The position numbers and the translations under genes are program-made. A stretch of DNA of 64,000 bases, from NCBI RefSeq assembly GCF_009914755.1, contig NC_060941.1, one strand, 5' to 3'. The stretch comes from the human T2T-CHM13v2.0 reference genome, Homo sapiens. This document shows positions 44,175-57,800 of the stretch, one piece after another. Under the pieces are notes generated by a model, which was not told the origin of the DNA, did no database searches, and saw only the letters and a program-made list of their open reading frames with translations. Each line of letters opens with the position of its first letter. The stretch's first letter is position 1.

Positions 44175-46829
44175 GAGGGGTCCCCAATCTAATAGAGGCC
44201 TGTGGCCTGTTAGAAACCAGGCTGCACAGCAGGAGGTGAGCACAGGGAAAGTGAGCAAAGCTTCATCCATATTTACAGCTGCTGTCCTTTGTGTGCATTA
44301 CCGCCTGAGGTCTCCCTTCTGGCAAATCAGTGGTGCCATTAGATTTTCACAGGAGTGTGAATCCTACCATGAACTGCACATGTGAAGAATCTAAGTTATG
44401 CACTCCTTATGAGAATCTAATGCCTGACGATCTGAGGTGGAGCTGAGGCAGTGAGCTGGGGAGCAGCTGTAAATACAGATTAACATTAGCAGAGAGCTTT
44501 GACTGCACACAGACCATAATCAATCAATTGCTTGCAGACTCATATCAAAACCCTACAATGAGTGGCAAGTGACAAGCTGCATCTGGTCATAGGCTTTATG
44601 GTGGCAAGTGAGTTGATGTACTTCAACTGTGCAGCTGCATCTGGTAGCAGGGTTTAAGTCAGAATCTGACACATATTTTAGTCCATGCGTGGCCAGCCCA
44701 TTATTTTATTTACCACTGCCACTTGTGCCTCTTTCCCATGCTGTGCGTTTGTCTCAGTCACAGTTTTGGTTTAGCTCACAAGCTAACCCTAGCCAAAATG
44801 AGAAAAAAACAAACATCCTTGGATAGCTTCTTTGAAAAGGGGGAAAGACGCAATGATGAGATAGCAGAAAACTCTGAGACGGCCAACAAAATTAAAGTTG
44901 CATTTAAAAGAAAATATCAAAAGTTCTGTTAAAATTATGGGTTCATTGCAGCAAGGGATTCACATTCTCCAGGTCTGCCTTGTATAATACGTGGCAGTTC
45001 AACAAAGCCATGAAATCTTCAAAACAGCTTGGCCATATGGGGACCAAGTATCCTGCATTAAAAAACAAACCTTTGGAGTTTTTCAAAAGAAAATGAATGT
45101 GACCACGAACAACAAAAGCAATTATTGAAGGTCACCGCTGCATCAAATACGTCTGCACTGAGAGCATCATTCTTAGTGGCTAACTGTATTGCTAAAGTTA
45201 AGTCGACCATTACTACTGGTGAAGAGTTAATCCTGCCTGCTGCTAAGGATATTTGTCATGAACTTTTAGGAGAGGCTGCAGTTCAAAAGATGGTACATCT
45301 TTTGGCTAGCACCATAACTAAACTAATTGGTGAAATAGCAGAGGATATTGAGCCACGATTGTTAGAGAGGATTAATGAGTCACTGTGGTACGCAATCCAG
45401 GTCAATGAGTCTACCAATCTTTACAACAAGGCAACAATGTTTGTTGTTGTGCAATATGTTTTTCAAGAGAATGTCCATGAGTATATGTTAAGTCCACTTT
45501 TGTTGCCAGCCAACACCACAGCTGCAGAACTGTTCAAGTCTTTGAATTATTACATGTAAGGAAAACTGAACTGGTCACTTTTTGTTGGCGTATTCATGAT
45601 GGAGCAGCTGCCATGACTGGATGGCTTTTTGGTTTCACTACACAGGTCAAAAGGTCACTTCTGAATGTGAGTCTACCCACTGTGTCATCCACAGAGAAAT
45701 GCTGGCTAGCCGAAAAATGTCATCTGAGCTTAATAACATTTTTCAGGATGTGATTAAAATTATCAAATACATTAAAGTGCATGCCCTTAACATGTCCATT
45801 CATGCAGCTCTGTGAGGAGATGGACACAGAACATACACATCTTCTCTTATACACAGAAGTAAGATGGCTTTCTGAAGGTGGATCACTGGCCGGAGTTTTT
45901 GAGTTACAGGAACCACCTCAATGATTTCTTTTAGAAAAACAGTCACCACTGGCCTCACATTTCAGTGACACAAAATGGATCACAAAACTTGCTTACCTGT
46001 ATGACATATTCAACCTGCTCAGCAAACTCAATCTATCACTTCAGGGAAGAATGACAGCTGTGTTCAAATTGGCAGATGAAGTGGCTGCATTCAAAGCCAA
46101 ACTGGAATTATGGGGGGTGACGAGTGAATACTGGGATTTCTGACGTTTCAAACATTAGCAGAGATTTTGAAAGAGACTGAGCCAGGGCCTTCTTTCTTCC
46201 AGCTGGTGCATGATCAGCCATCTCAGCTTTCAAATTACTTCGCAACCACAAAAGACACCCAAACTGGGAAGGAATGGATCCAGGACCCATTTGTGAATAA
46301 GCCAGGTTAATCAACTTTGTCTATGCTAGAAGAAGATCACCTGCACGAGATCACAAATGCTGGTAGCTTTAAAAGTATGTTTGAGACAACTTCAAATATC
46401 CATGCATTCTAGACTAAAGAAAAGGTGCAATATCCTGAGACTGCCACAAAAGCAGTGAAAAGCCTGCTTCCATTTCCAACAACCTCTATCTTTGTAAATT
46501 AAGGTTCTCTGCAGTGGCAGCAACCAAAAAGACATTATGGAGTAGACTAGTCATAAGCACATGCTTCAGCCGTCACTGCCTCCCATCACTCCAGATAGGA
46601 CCATCTAGTTCAGAAAACAAACTCAGGGTTCCCACTGATTCTACATCATGGTGAGTTGTATAATCATTTCATTATATATTGTAATATAAGAATAATAGAA
46701 ATAAAGTGTGCAATAAATGTAATGCACTTGAATCATTTCAAAACCTTCCCACCCTCCCCCAGTCTGTGGAAAAAATTGTCTTCCACAAAACTGGTCAGTC
46801 CCCAGTGCGAAAAAGGTTGGTGACTGCTA
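44175..46829 (+). mobile_element. Full-length Charlie3 (hAT-Charlie; autonomous partner of MER1) DNA transposon fossil
   Basis: MER1-type ends 'gaggggtccccaatc...tgtggcctgttagaaaccaggctgcacagcaggaggtgagc' and 'aaaaggttggtgactgcta'. Degenerate 8-bp TSD tatcagaa / tattagag. Internal transposase remnants. Confidence 0.88.
44798..46638 (+). pseudogene. Disabled Buster/Charlie-type hAT transposase
   Basis: ATG 'MRKKQTSLDSFFEKG'; 'GEELILPAAKDIC'; 'YAIQVNEST'; 'DGAAAMTG'; 'HCVIHREMLAS'; '[11 protein letters not shown]'; terminal 'QGSH*'. Numerous stops and frameshifts. Confidence 0.88.
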
Positions 46830-49800
46830 TATTAGAGCATGCTGACTACCAACCTAACTTCTTAAAAGCATAAACTTGAAAGTTTAAAAACATACAATGT
46901 ATGCACACATACTTTCATATAAATCATGTGCTGAGCCTGGTTCATTTATACATTCAATTTTGACAAATTGCCCACCTCAAATGAAAAAAAAAATGTAGGG
47001 TCATTTTAAAACTTGGCCTGGTACCTCTGACTTTGGGTAACAGCAATAAGGAACTGCAGCCAGCTATTTGTAAAGCTGTTCTGCTGTATTTCTCCATCCT
47101 TTCTCCTATCAATTTTATTTCCAAAGCCAAATGCCTGACAAATGCCTTTCAAAATCATACAACATTTTCATTCATTTTGATTTGCACAATTGCACACAAT
47201 GATTCCCCCTCTCTATTAGTAGTAGGCCTTATTAAAAAGTTTTTTTTTAAAAAAAAATCATGTGTTTTTGATTAATTTTCTTCACCAAAGGTCAGAAATG
47301 GTATCTGAAGTGTCACTTTCCACACTGCAGCCATAGAGTACCTAATACATAACCATAGATTCAAGTTAATACCGAGATTACCCCAATAAATATGCTCAAG
47401 GTCAAACGCTACCCACCCTTGATGCACAAAACTAGCTCGATTTTAGCCAAAGTCTGGTCTGTGATTGGTACCTTCCATCAGAAACCTTGGGGAACAATGA
47501 GAGCTATTAAATACACATAGATTTAAAATTAGCTGAGACCAACCGTAAGGGTCATTTACTTTTAGAATATCAAGTAGTGTGAGTAATAGATTTGCAGATC
47601 CTCCTTCAAAGAGCTTTGCATAATTCAGAATTCTCTTCTGAATGTTGGCACTATACACTAGGAGTAATGCATATTTTTAAATTTAGATAAGTTTTATGTG
47701 TTTCTGATCCTATTTTGAGTTTGTTTTCTCTGTGTCCTGTTAATGGTAGATGATGAGCACACAAAGATGTAGATTATAATGATGATAATGATAATGATGA
47801 TGACAATATTACCTTTTCTTTATAATATTAACTTATCAATCAGTTAATTACATACATTTATGCAAACTATGCCTCAAGGTAGACACTAATTTACCCACTT
47901 TACAGAGGAGTGACCTTATTTAGAGTTAGACTAACTCAAAGTTCCAGGCTAACAAAATTCGAGATCCAGGTTTTTTATACCATCTCAATTCCTTTTATAT
48001 CTTTGGGAAGTCTCACATTGCAAAGCCAAGGCTCATGAAAACAATCTATATTCAAAATGTTGAACAAAAATTTATCAAGTGCTCATTTGTGACTAATACT
48101 GTATTAAGCATGAAGAAGAGTATTGATGAAATGTTAGTTATAGCCATATTTTTGGGAGTTAAATGCAGAATATTTTGTTCGGGGAACTAATGAAAACATC
48201 CTATAAGCAACATACTATGAAACTATCATTCATATTAAGAGAGCTCAGTTATTAAACTTTAAGCTCCTTGAGGACAGGGATTAAGATCAAAACATCCTTT
48301 TTGATCACATGGAATATAGCAAGTGCTCTATAAAGCTCTGTTGAAAGAACGTATGAATGAATGACAGCTACTGTTAAATCCTCACTGCAACCATTCCTTT
48401 AGTACACCAATCCTGATGACGGTGTCTTCTCAATCTCTCTTGAATGTGTTCATTTTTCATTTTTTCTGTTAGTGATAGGCTCACACAAAGTAAAACAAAG
48501 GCAAAAATACATCAACGAACAAGTCAAGTGGATCCTACCAATAAACAAAATTAACTCAAAAATTTATTTTTCAAGAATTCACATCAACAAAAATGGGCCC
48601 ATTCTATGTTTTCTATTTCTGTCTACACCAGAAGTTATGTGCTGACAAGTGACTGCGTCAGGTCTATCTATGAATCTCTGCAGTTTTAATCTAACTGATC
48701 TTAAATGTTTAAATCAGTTTCCTATTTTTAACATTTTCAGATTTTGAAGTACATCTGAACCTCTGGCTTTCTTTTGGAAAATTAGAAGACGTCGCTTTTT
48801 GAAATAAAATTGAATTGCTTCTGCCCTATCTACGTGGTACATGCACTGTACAACTCACTGTACTCAGCACTACTGCTCACTACTATCCACCACTCACTTC
48901 ATCTCTGATCATTACGGCCAAAAGTCACATCCATGCTCTTAAGTGCATTATCATCTAGTTGAAGCTAAAATAAAACGTCTGGTCCATTCATTTGAATTTC
49001 TAACCACTGCTCTTCGGGAGATCCTCTTCAACCTCAAATGGATCCTGATATTTGCTAATTCTGTGCTCTGGTTTGCCATACATTCTATCATCTTGTATCT
49101 GTGGGTTTAGGTAAATTAACATTGTTGAGCTTCAGTTTCTTGAACTATAAAATGAGCCAATGAGCCTGTCTGTATTTTAATGTTCTTAGGAAGCTTTAGT
49201 GGGATGTTTTTCAATAAATACTGAGAACATCGACGGACATTTAGTAAATGCTTAATACATATTAACTTACTTTGATCATGCTGCTGATGGTATTATGATC
49301 TTTATATCTTTCATAGCCACCTGTAAAAACCAATCAGCATGAAAATGCCTTGCCATTTCTATTGTAGGGTGGAGTGGGAATAATCTGGGGTAAGAATTGA
49401 AGCATGACGGAGTAGCAAGTCTCACTGAAATAGATTCTGTATTCCCAAATATGAGACCCTAGCCCCAGATATAAAAGGCAGTTTCTAGGTAAGGGAAGAG
49501 GGAAATTACGTCTTGATTTATACAGACAGGGGAAAAAAAAAATGAAAAGGGGCAGAAACAGGTCCAAGAATTGTGTGGTGGGGGGGAGATGAGGCTTGAA
49601 TACTTAAATATTGATAAGAAGCCAGACGTGACAGGGAACATCTCCACCAGCACTTCACAGAGCACTTCACAGAATCAGTCCTTCAGTAACTGTAGCCAGT
49701 TTTTTTGTTTTTTGTGGAGTTTTTGTTTTTTGTGGAGGAAACAAACCACAAAAGATTTAGCTTCCTAGTAGAGTGTACTCTCCTAGGTAATGAGGAAAAA

Positions 49801-51779
49801 CTTTTCTAACTTCCTCACATATCCTTCAACTTCTTACATTTATATGAAATCCCTTTAATGAAAAAATAGCTTACATTTATTTAGCACTATGGACTCATTC
49901 TTAGCCCATTATGTACATTAATTATTTAGTTCTTACAACCCTAAGAGGCTTAACAAAGGAATAAAATAAATTGTCATGTAGTAGGAAAAAAAAAAAACAT
50001 GGTTCTTGGAGTTTAAAGGCTGGAACAAAGGCAAATGCAGTGATGGTTGAGTGTCAGCGATGATCAAAACACATTTATTAGCCACACTTGGAAGGTTCTG
50101 GCATATTATTTGATATTGGGAAAGAGGTGTTGAAGAATATGAAGCTGAAGATGATTCTATGATTTTTAGTTGAGATGTGTTAATGCGTGTACATGTCATT
50201 AACCAATTTCTATGGAATAGAGTAAACTCAGTAGGAAAAGTAGGGTTATGAAAATATTATATTAATTCAGACATGAATACATTGAATTTAAAGTACTTAT
50301 AGGGACAATGAAATGCAAATACCCAATATTGCTTTTAGTGGTTGACTTCTGATGTAAAAATAGTTTCTTAGTATAAATATTGGTTTAAGGTTTTTACATG
50401 CCGACTTTAAGAACCACCAGACTTTCTGTTCTCATGGTAATTGAGTGACCTTGGGAAAGTTAGCTAATTGAATAACAGTCATTATAATGCATCCTAATTA
50501 CGTTATTTTAAGAATAAGGTAGCATGGTGATGGCCTAGATAATTGTTATTTCGATGTGTGATTATTTTAAAAATCATGAGAGATATATTGTAAAAATAGT
50601 CTCCAAACAGGTACTAGAAAACAGTACTGAAATTATAAGACACATGTAAGAAAAAACTAGGTATTTTGTGTGTAACCTTAAAACACAAATATTCAATATT
50701 ATTTCTTACATTATATTATTTGACCCCTATTGCTCTCAACTCTTGTTTTATATTAAAATCACAGAAAAGATTTTTTTTGTAAGTCATATCCACTCCCCAT
50801 CCCAGGTTTATTAAGCCAAAATTTCTGGGAGTGATTGAAAGGTGCTGTCAGTGGCACAGCCCATGTTATTAGCCAGTTTCAGATCCCACAAACAAAAAGC
50901 AATTCATGAAGTTGCCTGTATGCCTATACTGTTTCCTTTTTATTAGTAATAGGCTTTATATAATTTGTATACCAAAATTTGTACCTAGTGACTCTCTGTT
51001 ATTTTATGCCTCCTATTAGAGAACAAGATTATTCTTAAAAAGTAAGGCTTAGTTTTTTGATATTTGAATCTGATTTCTATTTCCAAGCCTACTTTCCCAA
51101 TTTTAAGGAAACATAGAACTTTATCTCTGCCTAATATGAAACATCCTTAAAACATGCCTCTTTTCCATCTTGGCTCAATCAATCACTTTTAATAAAACGC
51201 CGATGCGGGCAAAGACCTTCCCAGAAATACACTGAATAGAACGATCATCCAGGAAATGCTTTCTTTGACAAAGCAGATTCAAGACTTCTTTTTGGCTAGG
51301 AGAATAAAGACAGAAGAATGTTCCTGGCCTTTAATTGGTTCACAACCACTTTGTAGCATCTAATCCCAAAGCTCTGACTTTGCTCTAGTTTGTAGATATA
51401 CAAAATAATTTATTATAATTTTTATACTTCCTTAAGGATTTTTAAAATTTGCATGTGGCCCTTTTTAATTAGACACTTTTGTATAATATCCATTTTGTGC
51501 TCTGTAACTTATTAATGTAACATAAAACAAAACTGAATCTACATATTAGACATATATTTCTCAATTATTATATTTCAATTTAAATACCACTGAAATCCTT
51601 AATTCTATCATGAGTCACACTTTTAATGTCTCATGCTGTTATAGATTTTACAAAGATCAGACATTTTAATTTTTTTCCTAAGATTTCCTGTGCACCTCAG
51701 GTGATAAATATAAGAGTAAGCAGATGAGAATGGAAGCAGTAATCAAGCGGTGATTCTCCATCATAGCTGTGCATTCCAG

Positions 51780-51950
51780 ATCCTCCTCACCCCCACCTCC
51801 ACCCCTCCCACATGGGAAAGCTTTTGAATTTACCATTGCTTAATCTTGCCTCATCTCAGATTAAATATGTCTTGGATGAGTCCCAGGCAAGTTTGTTTCA
51901 CAAGTTCATTCCAGCTGATTCTAACGTGCATCAGTTTAGGAATCCCTGAA
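51780..51950. mobile_element. MER5-like hAT MITE fragment
   Basis: 'cagctgattctaacgtgcatcagtttaggaatccctg' resembles the MER5 end. Confidence 0.4.
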
Positions 51951-52853
51951 ATAGACCAAGATTTCTAATAGTAATATAGGAGGAGGAAGGGGAAATACAC
52001 AGAAAAATAGCTGGCATAGGGTTAGGTGCATAAGAACTGAAACACCTGGTGAGGAGGAACACAGACTAGAGTACCGAAAGCATAATTATGGTGTTTAAAA
52101 AAACGTCATTGTGATTTTGATAGAGAGCGAAGTTCTATAGGATACCATCAGATATGGACAGCAAATGGTCAAGAGGATTAAGGAATGAGCTTCCTAGATT
52201 GAAAGCATAGACAACCCCAGGAAATAAATAGTCATTAAAAAGATTAAGGAACATAGTCATATTTCACAGAACATATGGAAAGACTTTCAAATAGCTTGGG
52301 TTAAAAAGCCAGTCAGATGGCTATTTATAGAGAAATAATTAGTGAGAGAGACTACACAAGTCAGAGATTAGAAATCAGTTATTTAGGTTTGATATGCAGC
52401 CCTATTTAGAATAAAAGTGCAATTGATTTGGTAGAACTTTAAATAATTTGCTACAGTAAGTACTAAAGAACTGAAAGTAAACTGTTCAAGCCATCTAGAT
52501 AAAGTCATAGGGCCTTGAAAGCCTTAATTCTAACACAGTTGATTTGAAAGTGGGAGATGTTCATTCTACAATACATTTCTTATAAATATAAAGCATAGAA
52601 CCTCCAAAATCTTCTCCGCCCTCACAATGTATTTGGTTCTTCATTTAAAACTGGAAAAGCCACTGGGGATAAACAAAATAAAATAAATGACCGAAACCTC
52701 TAGAAATATGAGAAAAAGTTTCCTGCAAGGGGGCATTTAATCTGGTGACCTGAATTCTCTGTACTAGGGGTTAAAACACCTGCTTATGCTTCTTTTTCTC
52801 TTAAACAACACAAAACACCAATACTGATTTATTACTATACTAGCTGTAATTCT

Positions 52854-53050
52854 TGTTAAAAGAAAAGCCTTAGACAAATGTAATTTAACAGAGTTTAGCT
52901 GAGCAAAGAACATTTGGTAAATCAGATAGCCTGAACCAGAAGAGGTTCAGAGAGGTTACCCTGAAGCTTCATAGTAGAAGATTATTTATGGACAGAAAAA
53001 CGAAAGTGATGAGCAAAAAATGGAAGTGGTTACAGAAATGGCTGGATTGT
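52854..53050 (-). mobile_element. MER57-family ERV1 LTR fragment (3' end)
   Basis: 'tgttaaaagaaaagcc...aatttaacagagtttagctgagcaaagaac...gatttatggacagaaaa-like...aagtga'. Confidence 0.7.
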
Positions 53051-53054
53051 TCAC

Positions 53055-54393
53055 TTTTGCTATGCTTTAGCATGGAGCTTGGTTAGACTGTGCCCCTGCC
53101 CGTCAGGTCTGTGGAACATTGAACTTGAGAATGATGATTTAGGGTACGTGGTAGAGAAAATATCTAAGCAGCAAAACATTCAAGATTTGGCCCTGCTGCT
53201 TCTAACAGCAAATGCTCATGTGTGTGAACAAAGAAATGACCTTAAACGGGAATTTACATTTAAAAAAATTGCAGACTGGCTCTGTGATAGTAAAGAAAAG
53301 CCTGTTTTCTTGGAAGGAATTCAAGCAAGCTGCAGAAATTTGCATAGCTAAAAGGAAGGTAAGCACTGATAGCCAAGACAATGGGAAAAAAGGCCAAGAT
53401 GGCATTTTAGAGAAGTTCCTTGCACCCTCTCCCATCACAGGCCTAAAGGCCTAGGAGGAAAGTATAGTTTCATGGGCCAGGCCTAGGGTCTGCTGCTCTG
53501 CACACCTCAGGACACTGCTCCCCATATCCCAGCTTCTCCAGATCCAGTTATGGCTCAAAGGGAACCAGATATAGCTCAGGCTACTGCTTCAGAGAGTGTA
53601 AGCCATAAGCCTTGGCAGCTTTCATGTGGTATAAGGCCTGTAGGTACACAGAGTGCAAGAGTTGAGGCTTGGGATCCTCTGCCTAGATTTCAGAGAATGT
53701 TTGGAAAAGCCTGGCTGTCCAGGAAGAAGCTTGCTGAAGGAGGGAGCCCTCATGGAGAACCTATACTAGGGCAGAGCAAAGGGAGAATGTGAGGTTACAG
53801 CCCCCACACAGAGTCCCCACTGGGGCACTTCCTAGTGGAGCTACAAGAAGAAGGCCACCATATTCCAGACCCTGGAATGATAGATACAGCAGCAGCTTGC
53901 ACCTTGCACCTGGAAAAGCTGCATGAACTCAACCCCAGCCACTGGGAGCAATTGTAGGGGCTGAAACCTAGAGAGCCACAGAGGCAGAGCTGCCCTTGGC
54001 TTTGGGAGCCCACCCTTTGCACTAGTGTGCCCTGTATGTGAGACAAAGAGTCAAAGGAGATTATTTTGGAGCTTTAAGATTGAATAACTTCCCTGCTGGG
54101 TTTTAGACTTGCACGGGGCTGCAGCCCCTTTCCTTTGGGCTATATATCCCTTTCAGAATGGGAGTATTTACCCAGTGCCTGTACCCCCAGTGTATCTTGG
54201 GAATAACTAGCTTGCTTTTGATTTTACAGGCTGATAGGTGGAAGGGACTTGCCTTGTATCAGATGAGACTTTGGACTTTGGACTTTTGAGTTAATATTGA
54301 AATGAGTTAAGACTTTGGGGGACTATTGGGAAAGCACAATTGTGTTTTGAAATGTGAGGAGGACATAAAATTTGGAAGGTCCCAGGGGTGGAA
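53055..54393 (+). mobile_element. MST/THE1-type MaLR internal sequence, 5'-truncated
   Basis: 'gtggaacattgaacttgagaatgatgatttagggta', 'cagagtccccactggggcact', 'gagtcaaaggagattattttggagctttaa'; purine tract 'ccaggggtggaa' just before the LTR. Confidence 0.9.
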
Positions 54394-54813
54394 TAATATG
54401 GTTTGGAAATTTGTCCCCACCCAAATCTCAGGTTTAATTGTAATCCCCAAAGTTGGGGGTGGGGTCTGGTGGGAGGTGATTGGATCATGGGGGTGGAGTT
54501 CTCAGGAATGAGTTAGCACCATGTCCTCAGTTTTGTTCTCATGATAGTGAGTGAGTTATTCTGAGATCTGGTTGTTTAAAAGTGTGTAACACCTCTCCCC
54601 TCACTCTCTCTTGCTCCTGCTCTAGCCATGTAAGACATGGTTGCTTCTCCTTCACCTTCTACCATGACTGTAAGTTTTCCAAGGCTTCCCCAGAAGCAGC
54701 AGCCACTATGCTTCCTGTACAGCCTGCAGAACCATGAGCCAATTAAACCTCTTTTCTTATAATTTACCCAGTCTCAGGCATTCCTTTACAGCAATGTGAG
54801 AACAGACTAACAC
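54394..54813 (+). mobile_element. MSTA LTR (3' LTR)
   Basis: 'taatatggtttgg...ccccacccaaatctca...ttagcaccat...cttcctgtacagcctgcagaaccatgagccaattaaacctc...gaacagactaaca'. Confidence 0.9.
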
Positions 54814-57800
54814 TAGCTGAGGCTTTGATATAAACCCAATATTGTCTCCCAATGAGCTAGATAAGGCAAAGTATGCATCACAAAAGCTTATGTGAACCTA
54901 TCTGAAGATTTACCCAAAGTACACTTGATTCTTTTTCTTTATGACCCATACTTCAAGTTTGTTGTTTTGGGCAGGGAGGAGGGACAACAGCAAAGAAAGT
55001 TAAAACTAAAGGAAGCATATTAAGAGAAAAATGAAGGAAGGTAAAATGGTTTCTTCATAAGGCTGATAATATATCTAGTTTTATCCACTCAACTTTGACT
55101 TTTTGAATAAATAGAGAATGATATCCCACAGAAGGAAGCTATCATGAGAGAATTCAGAGAACAAACAGGATGTTGAAAGCTAATTAATTCCTCTTCCTAC
55201 TCTGGTATTAATACTTTTTTTAGTATCATGGTCCCAAAATGCCGTTGGAGTTGATTCTTACACTAATGCTCTCACTGCTGTGATTGAAATGGGAGTTACG
55301 ATCAGGATCTCTTCAGTGGTAAGATTGCAGAATTTATATATTTTTTCTTATTTTTGATGGTTCCTTTCAGATAGATTGTCAACTTGAATTTTGGCCTTTA
55401 CTGCTCAGGTGACATGGTTCTTATTTATCTTACCTTCATTTATGTACCAGTATTTAATCTCACAGATGTATTTGCACATCTATATCAAACCATGTTTTTT
55501 AGTTCTTTATGCCCATTTTCTCTATGCTTCTTGACTTTATGCCTGTTACACAATCATCCTGTACTTTTTCATGTCCCTAATAAGATTGAATGCCATTCAT
55601 AGAATTCTAATCTTATCTTTTAGAAAATCTTACATCAATGTGTCTCAAGTATTTCTTAACACATTTCTCTCAACATCAAAGTACACTGACAGGGTAGAGG
55701 GATCAAACAGAAAGACTGAAGTTGTCATTACATTCCTCTTAGTATTTTAAATTATATTAATCTGATATTATATAAACATTTGCCTTAATATAAAAATTAA
55801 AGTGGTGCTTGTGTGTCTTTTTTTTTTTTTTACAATGAATAGCTTGAATTTGATACTGCAATGGATTTATCACAGCATGCTATAGTTACTTTAACCTTAG
55901 CACTTAGTTGCACTTGCATATTTTTGCTGAAGTGATGGATTGTTTGTTAGCGTGTCTCCTTTATATTGTCTTTTCCATCAGATAATTTAGTTTGTTGCCG
56001 GTGGTCAGTATTACCAATTTAGAAGGAGGACTAAAGGGATAATGAGGAGTATAAATAAATAAAGGAGAAAGAGGTGGAAAAACAGGAAAAGGAAAACAGA
56101 CATTTCCATAATGTATAGTCTTTGCCACTCTGATTGCAGAACATCTGTGTAATTGTTCAACCTGTGCATAGCAACTCTATAAAAACCTCTGTTGATATGC
56201 ATCAAAACAAAAATACTCTGTAATAATTTCATATGATGAACAAACAATTCATTTACATTTAATAACACAGCTTGTATGTTAATTCAGAGAAATCCGGTGC
56301 TACAATCTTAGAAGATAAATCTAGCTGATTTGTAATTAACTCAGGTTTATATCAATAAGAATATATTACATTAAAACTGAAAAAAAAAGAAAGAACAATA
56401 GCAGTTATCTTGTCTGCATTAAGCATGTTTCATTTTTCCTGGTATACATCCTGTGGATTTTACAATACTTATGAGATAGTGTAATTGTCAGGTCTCTTAA
56501 TTTATGGCTTGTTTTCACCACAGAGGATGGTTTTCTCCACTGCTACACAGACCCTTACAGATAAGACGGCTAAGTTTCAGAGGTGTGGAACCCCGGCTTC
56601 CTTTGCTGAAGGTGTTTTCTAATGATTTGTGAGTTTCAAGGCTATAAACAGAAGTTTTGAAGTACTTGAACACATGTTCCATCCAGGGTATACTTGGCAA
56701 TCAAGGTCCATTAGCTTTAAGCAAGATCTAGAGGATCTTTAAAGAGAACTCAAACATTGGAGAAAATGCAAACACATGAAGATGAAATAAATAGAAAACA
56801 AGCTAACTTAATGATGAAAGAGAATTTTAGTTTATGAGTTTCTGAAACTGATGAAGAACTAGAAACAGATTGCTCACAATTTACAGATGGATCAAGCAAT
56901 GCCAGTGACCTGCCTGAGAAGACCGAACACTAATGCTGCGGCCTTGAGGGTTTCACCGGGATTCCTTACATCTCAATGTAAAAAATCTAAATCTAAGTGG
57001 AGAATGCTTCCATGAAAGACATCTCTGAGCCACTGGAAAATGTTGTGTTTCATCAGAAAGTGAAAGTCATCTCCTGATAATAGTAATGGTAGAGTCAATT
57101 CCCATCATGAATAAAGAACAGACCTTTCCCCCCAACCAAGTTTTTCAAACCAGGTGATTCTACGTTTCTTATGTGAACTTAGGGAGAGGGAAGGTTTCCA
57201 CAGAGATTAACGCTGTTGATTACACTGATGATTAGGCATTCTGAGTCCGTTTTAATTTACCCTACAAAGGGTAAGTGACATTTTATTTTCTTGCCAGGTT
57301 CTGACAAAGCTTCATATTCACTATACTTATTTTGCATCTTACATGACACATGAAGTCAAGAAGAGGATAAAGAAATTTTGAAAAGCTTGGCAATCCCTTT
57401 TATACCAATTAAGATATTCAGCGTCACAGTAGATTCCTAATCTCACCATGGTGAAAAACAGTTGTCAGTTATCAAAGCAAGAGTCTAGAACTGCAATAGC
57501 CAAACACACACACACAGCTTGCTTCTTTTCAATTCACTCAAAAATAATTTGTATTCATCTGCAAAAAGTGTATACTGATTCATGGAATATTTTGTTATAT
57601 TAAAGTTGTCAGTCTTTCTATTGTTTTTGTTGCCAAACCATCACTACGTCTCCTTTCCTATATCTTTATCTATTTTCTTTCTGTAATCACAGTACAGAAA
57701 GTGTTTACAGTGTACAAAAAGTGTTTACCAAAAGGGTTTTACTTTCTGTAAAAATGGTACCTAAAGATATGTAGAAAAAGAAAGCATTTTATTTCTGAAT

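Noticed and set aside
45125-45815. A domesticated ZBED5/SCAND3-like gene
   Set aside because: It lies within a TIR-bounded Charlie3 with many disablements and mutated catalytic residues.
47800-50500. Scattered MIR- and L2-like fragments here and elsewhere (e.g. about 6.9, 8.1, 9.8, 12.9, 20.7, 23.7, 25.8, 33.0 and 41.5 kb), and MLT1-like pieces (about 29.1-29.6, 33.7-34.0 and 35.4-35.7 kb)
   Set aside because: Probably real, but too diverged to assign boundaries or subfamilies by eye, so they are not listed as features.
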